Shown one piece after another: positions 22,368 to 32,561 of a stretch of DNA of 64,000 nucleotides. This DNA comes from Promethearchaeota archaeon Loki_b32 (GTDB lineage Archaea; Asgardarchaeota; Lokiarchaeia; Sigyniarchaeales; SOKP01): positions 32,001-96,000 of the forward strand of contig NJBH01000008.1 of the NCBI GenBank assembly GCA_005223125.1, given 5' to 3'. The position numbers and the translations under genes were made by a program. Position 1 is the first letter of the stretch; every line of letters starts with the position of its first letter. The notes beneath the pieces were generated by a model. It saw only the letters and a list, made by a program, of their open reading frames with translations. It was not told the origin of the DNA and made no database searches.

Positions 22368-24107
22368 TTATTCGATTGTTTTTAGCAATTCTTCGATTTC
22401 TGCCTGAATTTCTTCAGGTTTCCTTGCTGTTTGACCCGCAATAGCAAGCTGCCTTTCTATAATAGGTCTGTGAAGTGTGTTCATAGCGCAGAACGGAATC
22501 TCTCTTACTTTGCTGGGGTCTTCCGGATCGATGACTCCGTAGTGGACAAGACAGCGACACACTCTTTCGAGGTCGAAGTTGTAAGCATCTTGAAAATGCA
22601 TGCTAGATATCATTAAATTGCGATCATTAAAAAATTTCCCCGCAGATTTTAAGTTTGGAGCCATTACTAAACGAGCAAATGCTTGATATGTTTTACTTGT
22701 AAGAATTTTTTGTGGACTTTTAATATATCTTGCTGCTCCAGCAAAGAAATATGCCTTCATAATTTGCCGATAACCAAAACTGGTAATATCATCAACAAAG
22801 TTTCCAATTTTGGAAGCAAGCTGCCCAAAATCATCTAGGTTGATGCCTTTCAATAATCCAGTAGGTTTTGGGACTTCTTGTTTTTCAACCATATCCCAAG
22901 TTTGATTAGACCATCGAATCAATCCTTCAGCGTCAAAAAAGTTTTCGATGGGCTCCCACTCATCCTTATCATTAATAACGCATATCGTGGCGAATCCACA
23001 ATCTGCGTGGCTCGTCATACTGAAGGGTGGCATATCGTCAAACCAGGCTAGCAATTTTGTAAACTTCGCTGTGAATGCAATAGGGTAAAACTTGGTAACT
23101 GAACCATTTGTATATTTATTAATTGCGTCTTTTAAATCAGAAGTAGTATATCTAATATCCATTAATTCTTCGAAGCTAATACGTCCGGTTAATGAAACTG
23201 GTTGGAAGATAACACCTGATACGACATCACAATTATTTTTAGCAAAATTCAAAATGTTTCCAATTTCATGATCATTTACACCTTTAGCGATAACTGGGAC
23301 TAGCATAATGCCATAAAATCCAATCTTTCGAGCATTTTCAATAACTTTCTTTTTAAGAGGCCATAAGTTAACTCCTCTGATCTTTTTCCATGCTTCTGGG
23401 TCATCAGTAGCATCAAATTGCAGGTATAACGCATCCATTCCAGCATCTATGCATTTTTTCATAAATTCTTGTGATTTCCCAAATCGAACACCGTTGGTGG
23501 TTACCATGATTTCTGTAAAACCCAATTCATGTCCTTTTCGAATAATTTCTGGGAGATCATCTCTAACTGTAGGTTCTCCTCCAGATAGCTGGAGTAAAAC
23601 TGCGGGAATAGGTTCCATGGATCTGAAATGTTCCATAATTCGGATGAGTTCTTCGAATGTAGGTTCTACTACATAACCTTTTGCGCTTGCATTGGCAAAA
23701 CAAATAGGGCAAGCCAGATTACAGCGATTTGTGATATCAATTAAACAAATATTTGGAGCGCTTTTATGATTGGAGCATAAACCACAGTCATATGGACACC
23801 CCTTATTTACTTCTTTAATACCAGAAGATGTATATTCGGGTTGAGTAGAATTATTTACTGTTGAACCAATGTCGTCTGTAATAGTCTGTTGCCATTTATA
23901 TTCTTCGGGATTGATTGATAGTTTATCTTTGAATTCTCCATGGGCCTTACAGGTTTTTCGCATCATCACGCAATTAGTTTCAGGGTCTACGTAAATTTCA
24001 GCCGCGAGATGTTTCATACATTCAGGACAAATACTCGTAGTTGTTCGAATAATCTCAACATCTTTCCTTTGAGCAGATTGTGTTTCAAGTTCTGTCATAT
24101 GAATCAA
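22368..24107 (-). CDS. tes: tetraether lipid synthase (GDGT-MAS) radical SAM enzyme
   Basis: N-terminal CPEC...CKAHG, CPYDCGLCSNH, CNLACPICFA, HADCG, HFQDAYNFDLERVCRC, IPFCAMN. Confidence 0.88.
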   Translation of the reverse strand: MIHMTELETQSAQRKDVEIIRTTTSICPECMKHLAAEIYVDPETNCVMMRKTCKAHGEFKDKLSINPEEYKWQQTITDDIGSTVNNSTQPEYTSSGIKEVNKGCPYDCGLCSNHKSAPNICLIDITNRCNLACPICFANASAKGYVVEPTFEELIRIMEHFRSMEPIPAVLLQLSGGEPTVRDDLPEIIRKGHELGFTEIMVTTNGVRFGKSQEFMKKCIDAGMDALYLQFDATDDPEAWKKIRGVNLWPLKKKVIENARKIGFYGIMLVPVIAKGVNDHEIGNILNFAKNNCDVVSGVIFQPVSLTGRISFEELMDIRYTTSDLKDAINKYTNGSVTKFYPIAFTAKFTKLLAWFDDMPPFSMTSHADCGFATICVINDKDEWEPIENFFDAEGLIRWSNQTWDMVEKQEVPKPTGLLKGINLDDFGQLASKIGNFVDDITSFGYRQIMKAYFFAGAARYIKSPQKILTSKTYQAFARLVMAPNLKSAGKFFNDRNLMISSMHFQDAYNFDLERVCRCLVHYGVIDPEDPSKVREIPFCAMNTLHRPIIERQLAIAGQTARKPEEIQAEIEELLKTIE

Positions 24108-24496
24108 TATCTTTTATCAATTTTTTAATTAGATAAATGTTTTATTGAATAATTATTTTGCTAATTAACCTTTCAAATCATTTAAATATTTTAATAATAT
24201 CTATAGTATTATCGATATTATTAAAAAAAACTCCTTATTTTAATAAAAATGATAATAATTTTTCTTATTTAATATAATTAAATAAATAAGATTACCATTA
24301 ACTTTAAATATGAAATTCTAATCAGCACTAAGAATGATTTTTGCATTAATATTTTATTTTTAACAAATCATCTTAATGAAATTTCAACGAAATAATTAAT
24401 TGAACCTTTTAATTATTTTACTAACTTTTTCAGGTTTTGATCTCTTGAATTTCTATACTAAAAATTGAAAATCTCAGAGCTAAGGACATAAAAGGT

Positions 24497-24614
24497 GACT
24501 CCTGCCCTACGAGACGCAAAAAAGCGTCAAAACAAAATAGGGGGAGGAGGGCGAAATCAGAGTGTAAAAATTTACACTACCAAAAGACAAAAATCCAGGG
24601 TGTAGGCAGGAGTC
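24497..24614. ncRNA. unidentified structured RNA candidate (118 nt)
   Basis: GC-rich island; terminal helix GACTCCTGCCCTAC / GTAGGCAGGAGTC with one bulged base; internal hairpins GACGC-A6-GCGTC and AGTGTAA-AAAT-TTACACT. Confidence 0.5.
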
Positions 24615-24868
24615 TTGTTATTTTTAGTTAATCTCCTTCGGTTTTTCTCTATTTTGTTTTATTTTTTATTTAATTAATTTTAGATTTTAAATATTTTGTG
24701 TGTTTCTTTATTGGTTTATCAGATTTAAATTCTTATCTTAACATTATTATATCATTAAGAGTTTATAAATAAAATCATTATAGTATGTAGGCATTGATAT
24801 GTATCTTTTATAGTTAAAAGAAAAGCTAAGATAAAAAAGATAATGATTATTCAATTAATGTAAATAGA

Positions 24869-25282
24869 ATGCATGGATCAATCATGTCGAGTAAAATTAA
24901 GGAACAAGCTGTAGGAAGACTGGAACCAGAATTTAAAATTGATGTTGGAACAATAATTTGGGTTGTTATAGGTTTTATTATATCCTGGGTAAACATGAAG
25001 ATCATTCTGGATTCTATGGAGATCTGGTCTTATCTTACCATAATTTTTACTACAATCATTCCTACAGTGATTATTGCATTAAAGAATAGATTTTGGGGGT
25101 ACGGTTATTTGATTGGATTTATGATTGCAGGAATTCCATTCTCTTTTTTTGATCCTCCTTATGGTGATTTATTTATTGGATGGTACACATTTGCTACTTC
25201 TTTTTTTATTTTCATTATTTTATGGCTTATCTTCTGGAAGACTTGGAGATCACTCTCATCAATTAAACAAGTGAATGTATAA
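24869..25282 (+). CDS. hypothetical membrane protein (about 4 TM)
   Basis: Multiple hydrophobic segments. Confidence 0.7.
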   Translation: MHGSIMSSKIKEQAVGRLEPEFKIDVGTIIWVVIGFIISWVNMKIILDSMEIWSYLTIIFTTIIPTVIIALKNRFWGYGYLIGFMIAGIPFSFFDPPYGDLFIGWYTFATSFFIFIILWLIFWKTWRSLSSIKQVNV

Positions 25283-25323
25283 AAAAAGGATTAATGTAAA
25301 AAATCTAATTTGTTAGTATTTTC

Positions 25324-25530
25324 CTATGCTATCACTAATTGTTTGCACTTAATACAAAGTTTTCCTTCAAGTTTAGCCTTTTTTGCACATTCTAAACAAT
25401 AAGGTGTTTTGCATGTGGGGCATGTATAAGTTTCACCTTGAATTGGTCCTTTATGAAAAAGACAAAAGTTATCTCTTATATTAAAGGATGGAGGCAATAC
25501 TGGTGGAGGAGGTACTTTTTTATCATTCAT
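25324..25530 (-). CDS. small Cys-rich zinc-finger protein
   Basis: CLFH, CPTC, CLEC, CIKC give a RING-like cross-brace spacing; Pro-rich N-terminus. Confidence 0.7.
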   Translation of the reverse strand: MNDKKVPPPPVLPPSFNIRDNFCLFHKGPIQGETYTCPTCKTPYCLECAKKAKLEGKLCIKCKQLVIA

Positions 25531-25614
25531 AAGCTCATAAAAATTACTATTATCTTAAATGTGTTTAATTCTTTTATAGAAATAAAAAACAAGTTATTAA
25601 TTGAAGAGTTTATT

Positions 25615-26088
25615 TTATTCCTTTAGAGTAGGGATATCTTCGATTACAACACTAATGACATTTGCAACAGAGAGGAATTTATCCTTAATTTTTTCTACTG
25701 TTAATTCACCAGAATCAACCAGATCTCCAATAAGGTAAGTCTCATAGAAGCATTTTTCCATTTCATAACATAATCCCGTAGTATGTAATATCTCTTTGCT
25801 TAAATTTAGTTCATTTAATACGTTAGATATCCCTTTGACCAGATCTGGAGAAAATTCTTTTAATTTTACAAGAATTTTTTTGATATTTTCCTTTTTAGTT
25901 GGAAAACAGCTTATTTTAACAACATCTTCACGAGAAATGAAAATTAATAAATAATAAGGCGAATTCAATATTTCTTCCTTAATTTCTGAAGGAAAAATGG
26001 GATTTTTATTAAGTTCATTATTGTCTATAATAAGTCCTATAGAAATTTTATTTTTTTGAGCAATATTGTCTGTTTCCATAATAATCAA
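25615..26088 (-). CDS. hypothetical protein (possible ACT-like C-terminal domain)
   Basis: 157-aa ORF with a beta-alpha-beta-beta-alpha-beta-like pattern. Confidence 0.55.
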   Translation of the reverse strand: MIIMETDNIAQKNKISIGLIIDNNELNKNPIFPSEIKEEILNSPYYLLIFISREDVVKISCFPTKKENIKKILVKLKEFSPDLVKGISNVLNELNLSKEILHTTGLCYEMEKCFYETYLIGDLVDSGELTVEKIKDKFLSVANVISVVIEDIPTLKE

Positions 26089-26340
26089 AAACCTTAAGGT
26101 AATTAAAGGTTATATTTGAGTAAGGATATATAAAGTTTTTTGCTTTTTTATTTTTTTTCTTTTTCACTCTTTATTTAGTTTGATTTTTATGAACATATGA
26201 ATTCATTTCTTTTGTTTATTTCTAATGACAATATAATAATTAACTATCATTTTCCCATAATACGAAGATATTATTTGTATTTTATATTTAAATCTAATTT
26301 TCATTACTTAATCTCCACTCAAATAATCAAAATTGATAAA

Positions 26341-26826
26341 ATGGATTTTCAAGAATTTGGGAAAAAATTTGGATTCGAAATTGAAAAATATAGTTCTCAA
26401 GAATGTAGGTTTCATGCAATTTATTTCATTGATTATGAAACAGGTGCGTTATTTGTAAGTAATAGATATTCTAATGATTTAAGTTTTTTAAGAGAAGATC
26501 TAATCTGTAGTTTTCTGAATGCAATTAATCTGTTCATTAATGAAGTAAATGACGGAGCCAACGAGGAGATTCAAGAGATTAATTTTAAAGGAACCCGAAT
26601 TTTATATGAACGAGAAGGAAGGCTTTTAGCGATTGGAATTACTAAAAAAACAAATTTACAAATGGAACGAGGAATTCTTCGTGAAATTGTAGAAGATTTT
26701 TATATCAGATTTAAGAATTTTATAAATAATTTTAACGGAGAAGTAGATCCCTCAGTACTAAATTATAAAAAAAGATTGGAAAGTATGAATTTAAACTCTT
26801 TGTTCAAATTTAATATTCGAATTTAA
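26341..26826 (+). CDS. longin-like domain protein
   Basis: HAIYFIDYETGALFVS...DLICSFLNAINLFINE...IQEINFKGTRILYE...F...F...F pattern; in-frame ATG at 26341 preferred over 26197. Confidence 0.7.
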   Translation: MDFQEFGKKFGFEIEKYSSQECRFHAIYFIDYETGALFVSNRYSNDLSFLREDLICSFLNAINLFINEVNDGANEEIQEINFKGTRILYEREGRLLAIGITKKTNLQMERGILREIVEDFYIRFKNFINNFNGEVDPSVLNYKKRLESMNLNSLFKFNIRI

Positions 26827-26831
26827 AATAG

Positions 26832-28208
26832 TTAAGTAGAATCTTTGTTATTATCTTCTTTTTTGATTTTTTCAACTTTAGATTCGAATTTTTTAACAAT
26901 AGTTTTTGCTTCAGTTTTAATATCGATTCGATGAGCATCAATTTCGCCTTGTTCTTCAATTTTTTTTGCTTGTTTTTCTACAGTACTTAATATTTTTTCG
27001 CTAGTTCCTTCAATATCAGGATGTAATTCCTTTCTTTGAGCAGCACTTTCCTTTTGTCTATCGATCATGAAAGCTTTTTCCCCTACAGATTTTTCTATTT
27101 TTTCCGCTGTACCCTCAATGTCGGGATGTAATCCAACTCGTTGAGCTATGCTTTCTTTTTGCTTATCAATCAAAAAAGCTTTTTCACTTACAGATTTTTC
27201 TATTTTTTCCGCTGTACTCTCAATATCAGGATGTAATCCAACTCGTTGAGCGGTAATTTCTTTTTGACGATCAATCAAGAAAGCTTTTTCTCCCAAAGAT
27301 TTCTCTATCTTTTCTCCTGTGCTTTCAATGTCTGGGTGTATTTCTAATCGTTGTGCCTCCTTTTCTTTTTGCCGATCAATCATAAAAGCTTTCTCTCCCA
27401 CAGATTTTTCAATTTTATCACTTACTCCTTCTATATCAGGTTGCATGCTAAATCTTTGTTCATCAATCTCTCTTTGTTTTTCAACCCGAAATGCCTTTTC
27501 TCCGACTGATTTTTCTATTTTCTCTCCAACGCCTTCTAAATCAGGATGAATTCCAGTTCGTTGTTCATCGAGTTCTCGTAATTTTTCAACCCGAAAGGCT
27601 TTTTCTCCAATAGATTTTTCTATTTTCTCTCCAACGCCTTCTAAATCAGGATGAATAGCAGTACGTTGTTCATCGAGTTCTCGTAATTTTTCAACCCGAA
27701 AGGCTTTTTCTCCAATATATTTTTCTATTTTCTCTCCAACACCTTCTAAATCAGGATGAATTTCAATTCTTTGTTCATCTAATTCCCTTCTCTTTTCTAT
27801 GTGGAAAGCTTTCTCTTCTACAGATTTTTCTATTTTTTCTGCTGTACTCTCAATATCAGGATGTAATCCAACTCGTTGCTCGTCAAGTTCTCGTTGTTTT
27901 TCTATTCTAAAAGCTTTTTCCCCAACAGATTTTTCTATCTTTTCAGCAGTACCTTCAATATCAGGAATTAAATCTTTTAATTGAGCTATAGTTTCTTTCT
28001 GACGATCAACCATGAATGCTTTTTCATCAATCAAATCTGATATTTTTTCTTTTCCCTCTTCGAATGATTTTCTCCTATCATCTTCAATGCTTTTTAAATA
28101 AGCTTCTCTTTCTTCTTTTTCTTTCTTATAGAGATCGTCAACTAGTCTCTTTTGTTGTTCAATTTCTTCACGAGATAAAGGTTTTTCATTTTCACCCAAA
28201 ATTCTCAC
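26832..28208 (-). CDS. tandem 35-aa repeat protein (10 repeats)
   Basis: Unit consensus HPDIEGTAEKIEKSVGEKAFRIEKQRELDEQRxxL, 105-bp period. Confidence 0.85.
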   Translation of the reverse strand: MRILGENEKPLSREEIEQQKRLVDDLYKKEKEEREAYLKSIEDDRRKSFEEGKEKISDLIDEKAFMVDRQKETIAQLKDLIPDIEGTAEKIEKSVGEKAFRIEKQRELDEQRVGLHPDIESTAEKIEKSVEEKAFHIEKRRELDEQRIEIHPDLEGVGEKIEKYIGEKAFRVEKLRELDEQRTAIHPDLEGVGEKIEKSIGEKAFRVEKLRELDEQRTGIHPDLEGVGEKIEKSVGEKAFRVEKQREIDEQRFSMQPDIEGVSDKIEKSVGEKAFMIDRQKEKEAQRLEIHPDIESTGEKIEKSLGEKAFLIDRQKEITAQRVGLHPDIESTAEKIEKSVSEKAFLIDKQKESIAQRVGLHPDIEGTAEKIEKSVGEKAFMIDRQKESAAQRKELHPDIEGTSEKILSTVEKQAKKIEEQGEIDAHRIDIKTEAKTIVKKFESKVEKIKKEDNNKDST

Positions 28209-28345
28209 TTTCTAATATTATTGAAATTTTTTTAAATATAATAACATACTTCGTATTTAATAATTTTTATGTTTACCCTATAAAAAAGTTTTTAACTAAA
28301 AGGAATACCAGATGATTCAACACAAAAAATTAGATATTTCAGAAT

Positions 28346-29095
28346 TTATTTAATAGGAATGGGCTTTAAAGAATCATCGGGGATGTGTTCCATGAGGGAT
28401 AACATTGCTAATTTCATTGTAAGCATTTCCATAACTTCCAATTCCAGTTTCTTTGATTTTTCAGAATCTAATGTTAAGTTATACTTAGTAATTGAATTTT
28501 CAAATTCCTTCTTTAAATCTTCTCTTAACTCATCTTGATTTTCTAAATTAATATTGTTTGTATTGAGCCATATGTCTATCTCTTGTTTAATTTTGATATC
28601 AACATCATTAGAAGAATTATATATTACTTCTATTTCTTTGAGATTTTCTTGATTACTGATATACGCTTGATCTTGGTACATTGGTTTGAGTAATAGTCCA
28701 AGGTTTACGATTAAAGGTTGAATTTGAAGTTTTTCTAGTGAATCTGCTAAAAACTGAAAAACTTGATCTTTTTGTATTATTTTGGAATAGTTAATATATT
28801 CTTGGACAAAATGCATGATTGAATTTCTTACTAATAAATCATCAAAATCAAAGATAGATTCAGGTTTAATCTCCAGAGTTTTATTAATACAAGTGTATAA
28901 TGAGTTCATAAATGGTGTTATATCTTTGAACATTGCAAATTTATTTACAAAGCTTAAGATATCACCTAAGATTTCGAGTTTATTCTCGTCTGGTTCTGTG
29001 TTATAATAATGATTAATATCCCTTTCCAAATTGAAATTCTCATCTGGAATTGACAAGAGTTCCTTTAACTCAGAATATAAAGAACTTAAATCCAC
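28346..29095 (-). CDS. hypothetical helical protein
   Basis: 249-aa ORF, no motif recognised. Confidence 0.65.
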   Translation of the reverse strand: MDLSSLYSELKELLSIPDENFNLERDINHYYNTEPDENKLEILGDILSFVNKFAMFKDITPFMNSLYTCINKTLEIKPESIFDFDDLLVRNSIMHFVQEYINYSKIIQKDQVFQFLADSLEKLQIQPLIVNLGLLLKPMYQDQAYISNQENLKEIEVIYNSSNDVDIKIKQEIDIWLNTNNINLENQDELREDLKKEFENSITKYNLTLDSEKSKKLELEVMEMLTMKLAMLSLMEHIPDDSLKPIPIK

Positions 29096-29165
29096 AATAA
29101 TTTATTTGTTAAATATCTTTAAAAAAATTTATTTAATTTAAGAAATAGACACAAAAATTCTTTTT

Positions 29166-30503
29166 TTAAAATGCTGTAGTAATCAATGCCTTTGTGCCAT
29201 GTCTTTGAGCTTCTTGGAGAATTTTCATTGCTTCCTCAAATGATAAAGGTGTTAAATCAATTGCACTAATACCACTTAATTTAAGTTGAGCAGTAATAGT
29301 TTCAGCTAGATTATTGCAAGCACCTGAAAAATATACGTTTCTCCTACCAAATTCATTTCTAAGTCCTTTTCCAACTTCGTCTATAGCGCAATAACCTGCT
29401 ACTAAACCTTTAGTAAAACCTTCTGATTTCAATTGATTGATGAGATCATCATCATGTCCCTTTCCCATAACTATAAACCACCCCCCTTTAAACTTTTCCG
29501 GATAATCAAAAGCTAACATTTGTAAAATTGTTAATGGATTGTTTTGACATCCTTCTCTACACAATAAATCTTTCCCTTTCACAATTTTAACATTTTCAGG
29601 AAATTTTTGAAGCAAATCCCAATCATATACTTCTTTAAACTCTTCTAAATCCTTTCCAATGACTTTTATTTTACTTAAATCTCCTTCTCCAAGCCCTCGT
29701 TCATACGCTATTTTTAAATGGGGTATTTTATCAATTTTTAAGCCAAATATTCTTGCTCCTACTACGTCAACTGCTAAAGTATCTCTCCCGCCAATTAAAA
29801 TATTAAAAGGAATCACTAGTTTATCTTCCCATGCTGTAGGAGGATAATGTCCATGAATAGTTCCTTCAGTCCCATCAATAAGAGTAATATCTGGTTTTAT
29901 TACTTCATAAACATCTACTAATTTTGAATGCAAGTTAAAATTATGGTCTTTTCCACGATCAGCATGTTGAGGAAAACCCCATTGATTTTTAATACCTAAT
30001 GTAACCACTGCCATGGAATGAGTTTTTAGTTTTGGGATATTAATATATGTTATCGAATCTCTGTTTTCCATTATCTTTACCACCGTTTTGGGCAATCTGT
30101 AAGTCATCAAATTATATCCCTTCGGATCTTCTTTAGCTGAAAGTTTACTTTTAAATTCAAAGGTTTCTGTATCTTCTTCGTCTAAGTATATAATTTTTGC
30201 TCCAGTCTTTTCACATACATCTTTATAACCATTTAAAGTAAAAACCATCCGAGTAAAATTCGCTTGTGTAGAATTTTCCATAACACTTATATCCGCACCG
30301 ATTGATTTGAGATATTTAATTACCGCTTCTAACACGATTGGAGATGTATATGTATGTTTCTTGAAATCGATGCCATTTACTTTTATATATACTTCATTAG
30401 AACTTTTAAGAATTGGTAGTCCTGTTTTTTCAAGGTAATTAAAAAACTCTTTAACTGCTTTATCTATCGATTCTGTGGTATCTGTAATAAAAACTTTTGA
30501 CAT
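29166..30503 (-). CDS. DUF362 domain protein
   Basis: VYIKVN, INIPKLKTH...TLGIKN, LIDG, DTLAVD; C-terminal CREGC. Confidence 0.88.
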   Translation of the reverse strand: MSKVFITDTTESIDKAVKEFFNYLEKTGLPILKSSNEVYIKVNGIDFKKHTYTSPIVLEAVIKYLKSIGADISVMENSTQANFTRMVFTLNGYKDVCEKTGAKIIYLDEEDTETFEFKSKLSAKEDPKGYNLMTYRLPKTVVKIMENRDSITYINIPKLKTHSMAVVTLGIKNQWGFPQHADRGKDHNFNLHSKLVDVYEVIKPDITLIDGTEGTIHGHYPPTAWEDKLVIPFNILIGGRDTLAVDVVGARIFGLKIDKIPHLKIAYERGLGEGDLSKIKVIGKDLEEFKEVYDWDLLQKFPENVKIVKGKDLLCREGCQNNPLTILQMLAFDYPEKFKGGWFIVMGKGHDDDLINQLKSEGFTKGLVAGYCAIDEVGKGLRNEFGRRNVYFSGACNNLAETITAQLKLSGISAIDLTPLSFEEAMKILQEAQRHGTKALITTAF

Positions 30504-30663
30504 AAAATATCACCAATTTTTATTAATAGTGAGAAGTAGAAAAAGATTATGAAACTTTCTTTTGGTCTTTATATTTTGAAATAAAAAGGTTTTTAAGTCT
30601 TGACATATATCAAATAAAATATATATCGAAGTATGAGATATTCCAAAAAATAAGGGAATATAG

Positions 30664-31227
30664 ATGGCAGAAAAAATTGCTGAGAAATTTGAAAATGCTA
30701 TGAAAGCAGGATTTATTAGTTCCCTTATATTAATTGTTCTTGAAAAAAATCCTTCTTACGGTTATAAAATTGGTAAAGAAATTGAAAAACGTACTTTAGG
30801 GATATGGGATCCACCATCATCGACTATTTATACAGTACTAAAAGGTATGACGAAAAAGCAATTGATAACATTTAAAGAACAGCAAATTGAAGAAGGAAGG
30901 AATAGGAAAATTTATGAAATTACTCAAAAAGGTAAAGCAACCTTGAAGTTAATGCTTGAAAAGCATAAAGTTATTGAAGAATCATTTGAAACACTAAAAA
31001 CTGCAATGTTAGGTGATGAAAAGGGAGTTTTACCAAAGGGGTATCATAAAATCAGTCCATTAAGACTTATATTAACTAGACTAGATGAAAAATCAGTTGA
31101 AGAACAATTAGAATTTCTCGAACTCCAAAAATTGATAATTTCTCGAGATAGGAAGAAATTAGGAGAGCAATTTCAAAGAATTGAAGAAAGAATAGACAAA
31201 TTAAAAGAAAAATTAAAAAGTAAATAA
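30664..31227 (+). CDS. PadR-family transcriptional regulator
   Basis: PSYGYKIGKEI, STIYTVL, RKIYEITQKG. Confidence 0.92.
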   Translation: MAEKIAEKFENAMKAGFISSLILIVLEKNPSYGYKIGKEIEKRTLGIWDPPSSTIYTVLKGMTKKQLITFKEQQIEEGRNRKIYEITQKGKATLKLMLEKHKVIEESFETLKTAMLGDEKGVLPKGYHKISPLRLILTRLDEKSVEEQLEFLELQKLIISRDRKKLGEQFQRIEERIDKLKEKLKSK

Positions 31228-31230
31228 AAA

Positions 31231-32556
31231 ATGAGCCATAATATAATTGAAGTACAAAATCTCACTAAAATTTATGAACAAGGGAATGTATTAGCCGTTG
31301 ATGATGTGAGTTTTAATATAAAGAAAGGTGAGATATTTGCTTTATTAGGTCCAAATGGTGCTGGCAAAACTACGACTATAAGTGTACTTGCTACATTATT
31401 ATCTTCTACAAAGGGTAAAGCATTTGTAAATGATTACGATGTTAATAAAGATCCTGATAAAGTTAGAAAAAGCATAGGTATTGTTTTTCAAGAACCCTCC
31501 TTAGATGGTGAGATGAAAGGATGGGAGAATTTAGAATTACATTCAATTCTTTATGGGATGCCTAAAAAAGAGAGACAAGCTAAAATACAAGAAGTATTAA
31601 AATTAGTTGATCTTGATGATAGGGCAAATACCTTTGTAAAGAATTTTTCAGGTGGGATGAAAAGGCGTTTAGAAATCGCTCGTGGATTAATCCATGAACC
31701 AAAAGTTCTATTTTTAGATGAGCCTACTTTGGGATTAGATCCTCAAACACGCAGAAAGATATGGGATAAGATTAAAGAATTGAATAAAGGAAACTCAAAA
31801 ATTACAATCTTAATTACTACACATTACATGGAGGAGGCAGATGAGCTCGCAGATAGAATTTGTATTATGGACCATGGCAAAATTATTGCTATGGATACAT
31901 CTGAAAATCTTAAAAAGCAATTATCTGGAGATGTTATTGATATTCTATTTGAAAATGTTGAGGAAAGGTTTAGAGTTCCAATAATTATTAACCAAATAAA
32001 AGAGATTCCTGGAGTTAAAAATGTATCCTTTGGAACTGGTGAGGGAGAACAGGATATGATGTCCAATTTTCAACCTCCCCCAGGGATGCCTAATATTGAT
32101 CCGGCGATGATCCAAGCACGAATGCGAGAAGTATTATCTGACCCTAAGAAATTAATCATGGCATGGAAGCGTATGCCAATGGCTGCTGGATTGTTTCTAA
32201 ATGCCCCCTTAGCAATGAAGAAACAAATTGCAAATATGTTTGATGATAAGCTCTTAGAAGAAGTTCCAGATACAATTAAAGAAGAGATAATTAAAATAAA
32301 GAAGGGGGAATTTAAAGAAGAGGAAGAACAATTGGAACCTTCTATATCGATCTCATGTGAGAGTGGGGGAAAACAATTGCCATTAATAATTCAAAAAATT
32401 AATGAAAATGACATTAAGATAAAAAACGTGAATATGCATCAACCTACTTTAGAAGATGTATTTTTACATTATGTTGGATCGGCAATTCGGGAAGAATCTT
32501 CAAATTTTTCTAAGGATGTAAAAAAAATAATTCAAATGAAACAATTAAGGAAGTGA
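31231..32556 (+). CDS. ABC-2 (DrrA-like) ATP-binding protein with Met/Pro-rich insert
   Basis: GPNGAGKTT, FSGGMKRR, LDEPT, TTHYM, C-terminal PTLEDVFL. Confidence 0.93.
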   Translation: MSHNIIEVQNLTKIYEQGNVLAVDDVSFNIKKGEIFALLGPNGAGKTTTISVLATLLSSTKGKAFVNDYDVNKDPDKVRKSIGIVFQEPSLDGEMKGWENLELHSILYGMPKKERQAKIQEVLKLVDLDDRANTFVKNFSGGMKRRLEIARGLIHEPKVLFLDEPTLGLDPQTRRKIWDKIKELNKGNSKITILITTHYMEEADELADRICIMDHGKIIAMDTSENLKKQLSGDVIDILFENVEERFRVPIIINQIKEIPGVKNVSFGTGEGEQDMMSNFQPPPGMPNIDPAMIQARMREVLSDPKKLIMAWKRMPMAAGLFLNAPLAMKKQIANMFDDKLLEEVPDTIKEEIIKIKKGEFKEEEEQLEPSISISCESGGKQLPLIIQKINENDIKIKNVNMHQPTLEDVFLHYVGSAIREESSNFSKDVKKIIQMKQLRK

Positions 32557-32561
32557 GGTAG

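Noticed and set aside
24497-24614. 5S rRNA or tRNA(Sec) identity for the 118-nt element
   Set aside because: The length and terminal helix fit 5S, but I see no conserved 5S loop motifs and no cloverleaf or T-loop on either strand.
26197-26340. N-terminal extension of the longin-like ORF
   Set aside because: AT-rich and promoter-like; the in-frame ATG at 26341 gives a more plausible protein.
26900-28000. CRISPR-like periodic DNA
   Set aside because: The 105-bp period is a coding repeat with synonymous variation and no unique spacers; no cas genes are present.
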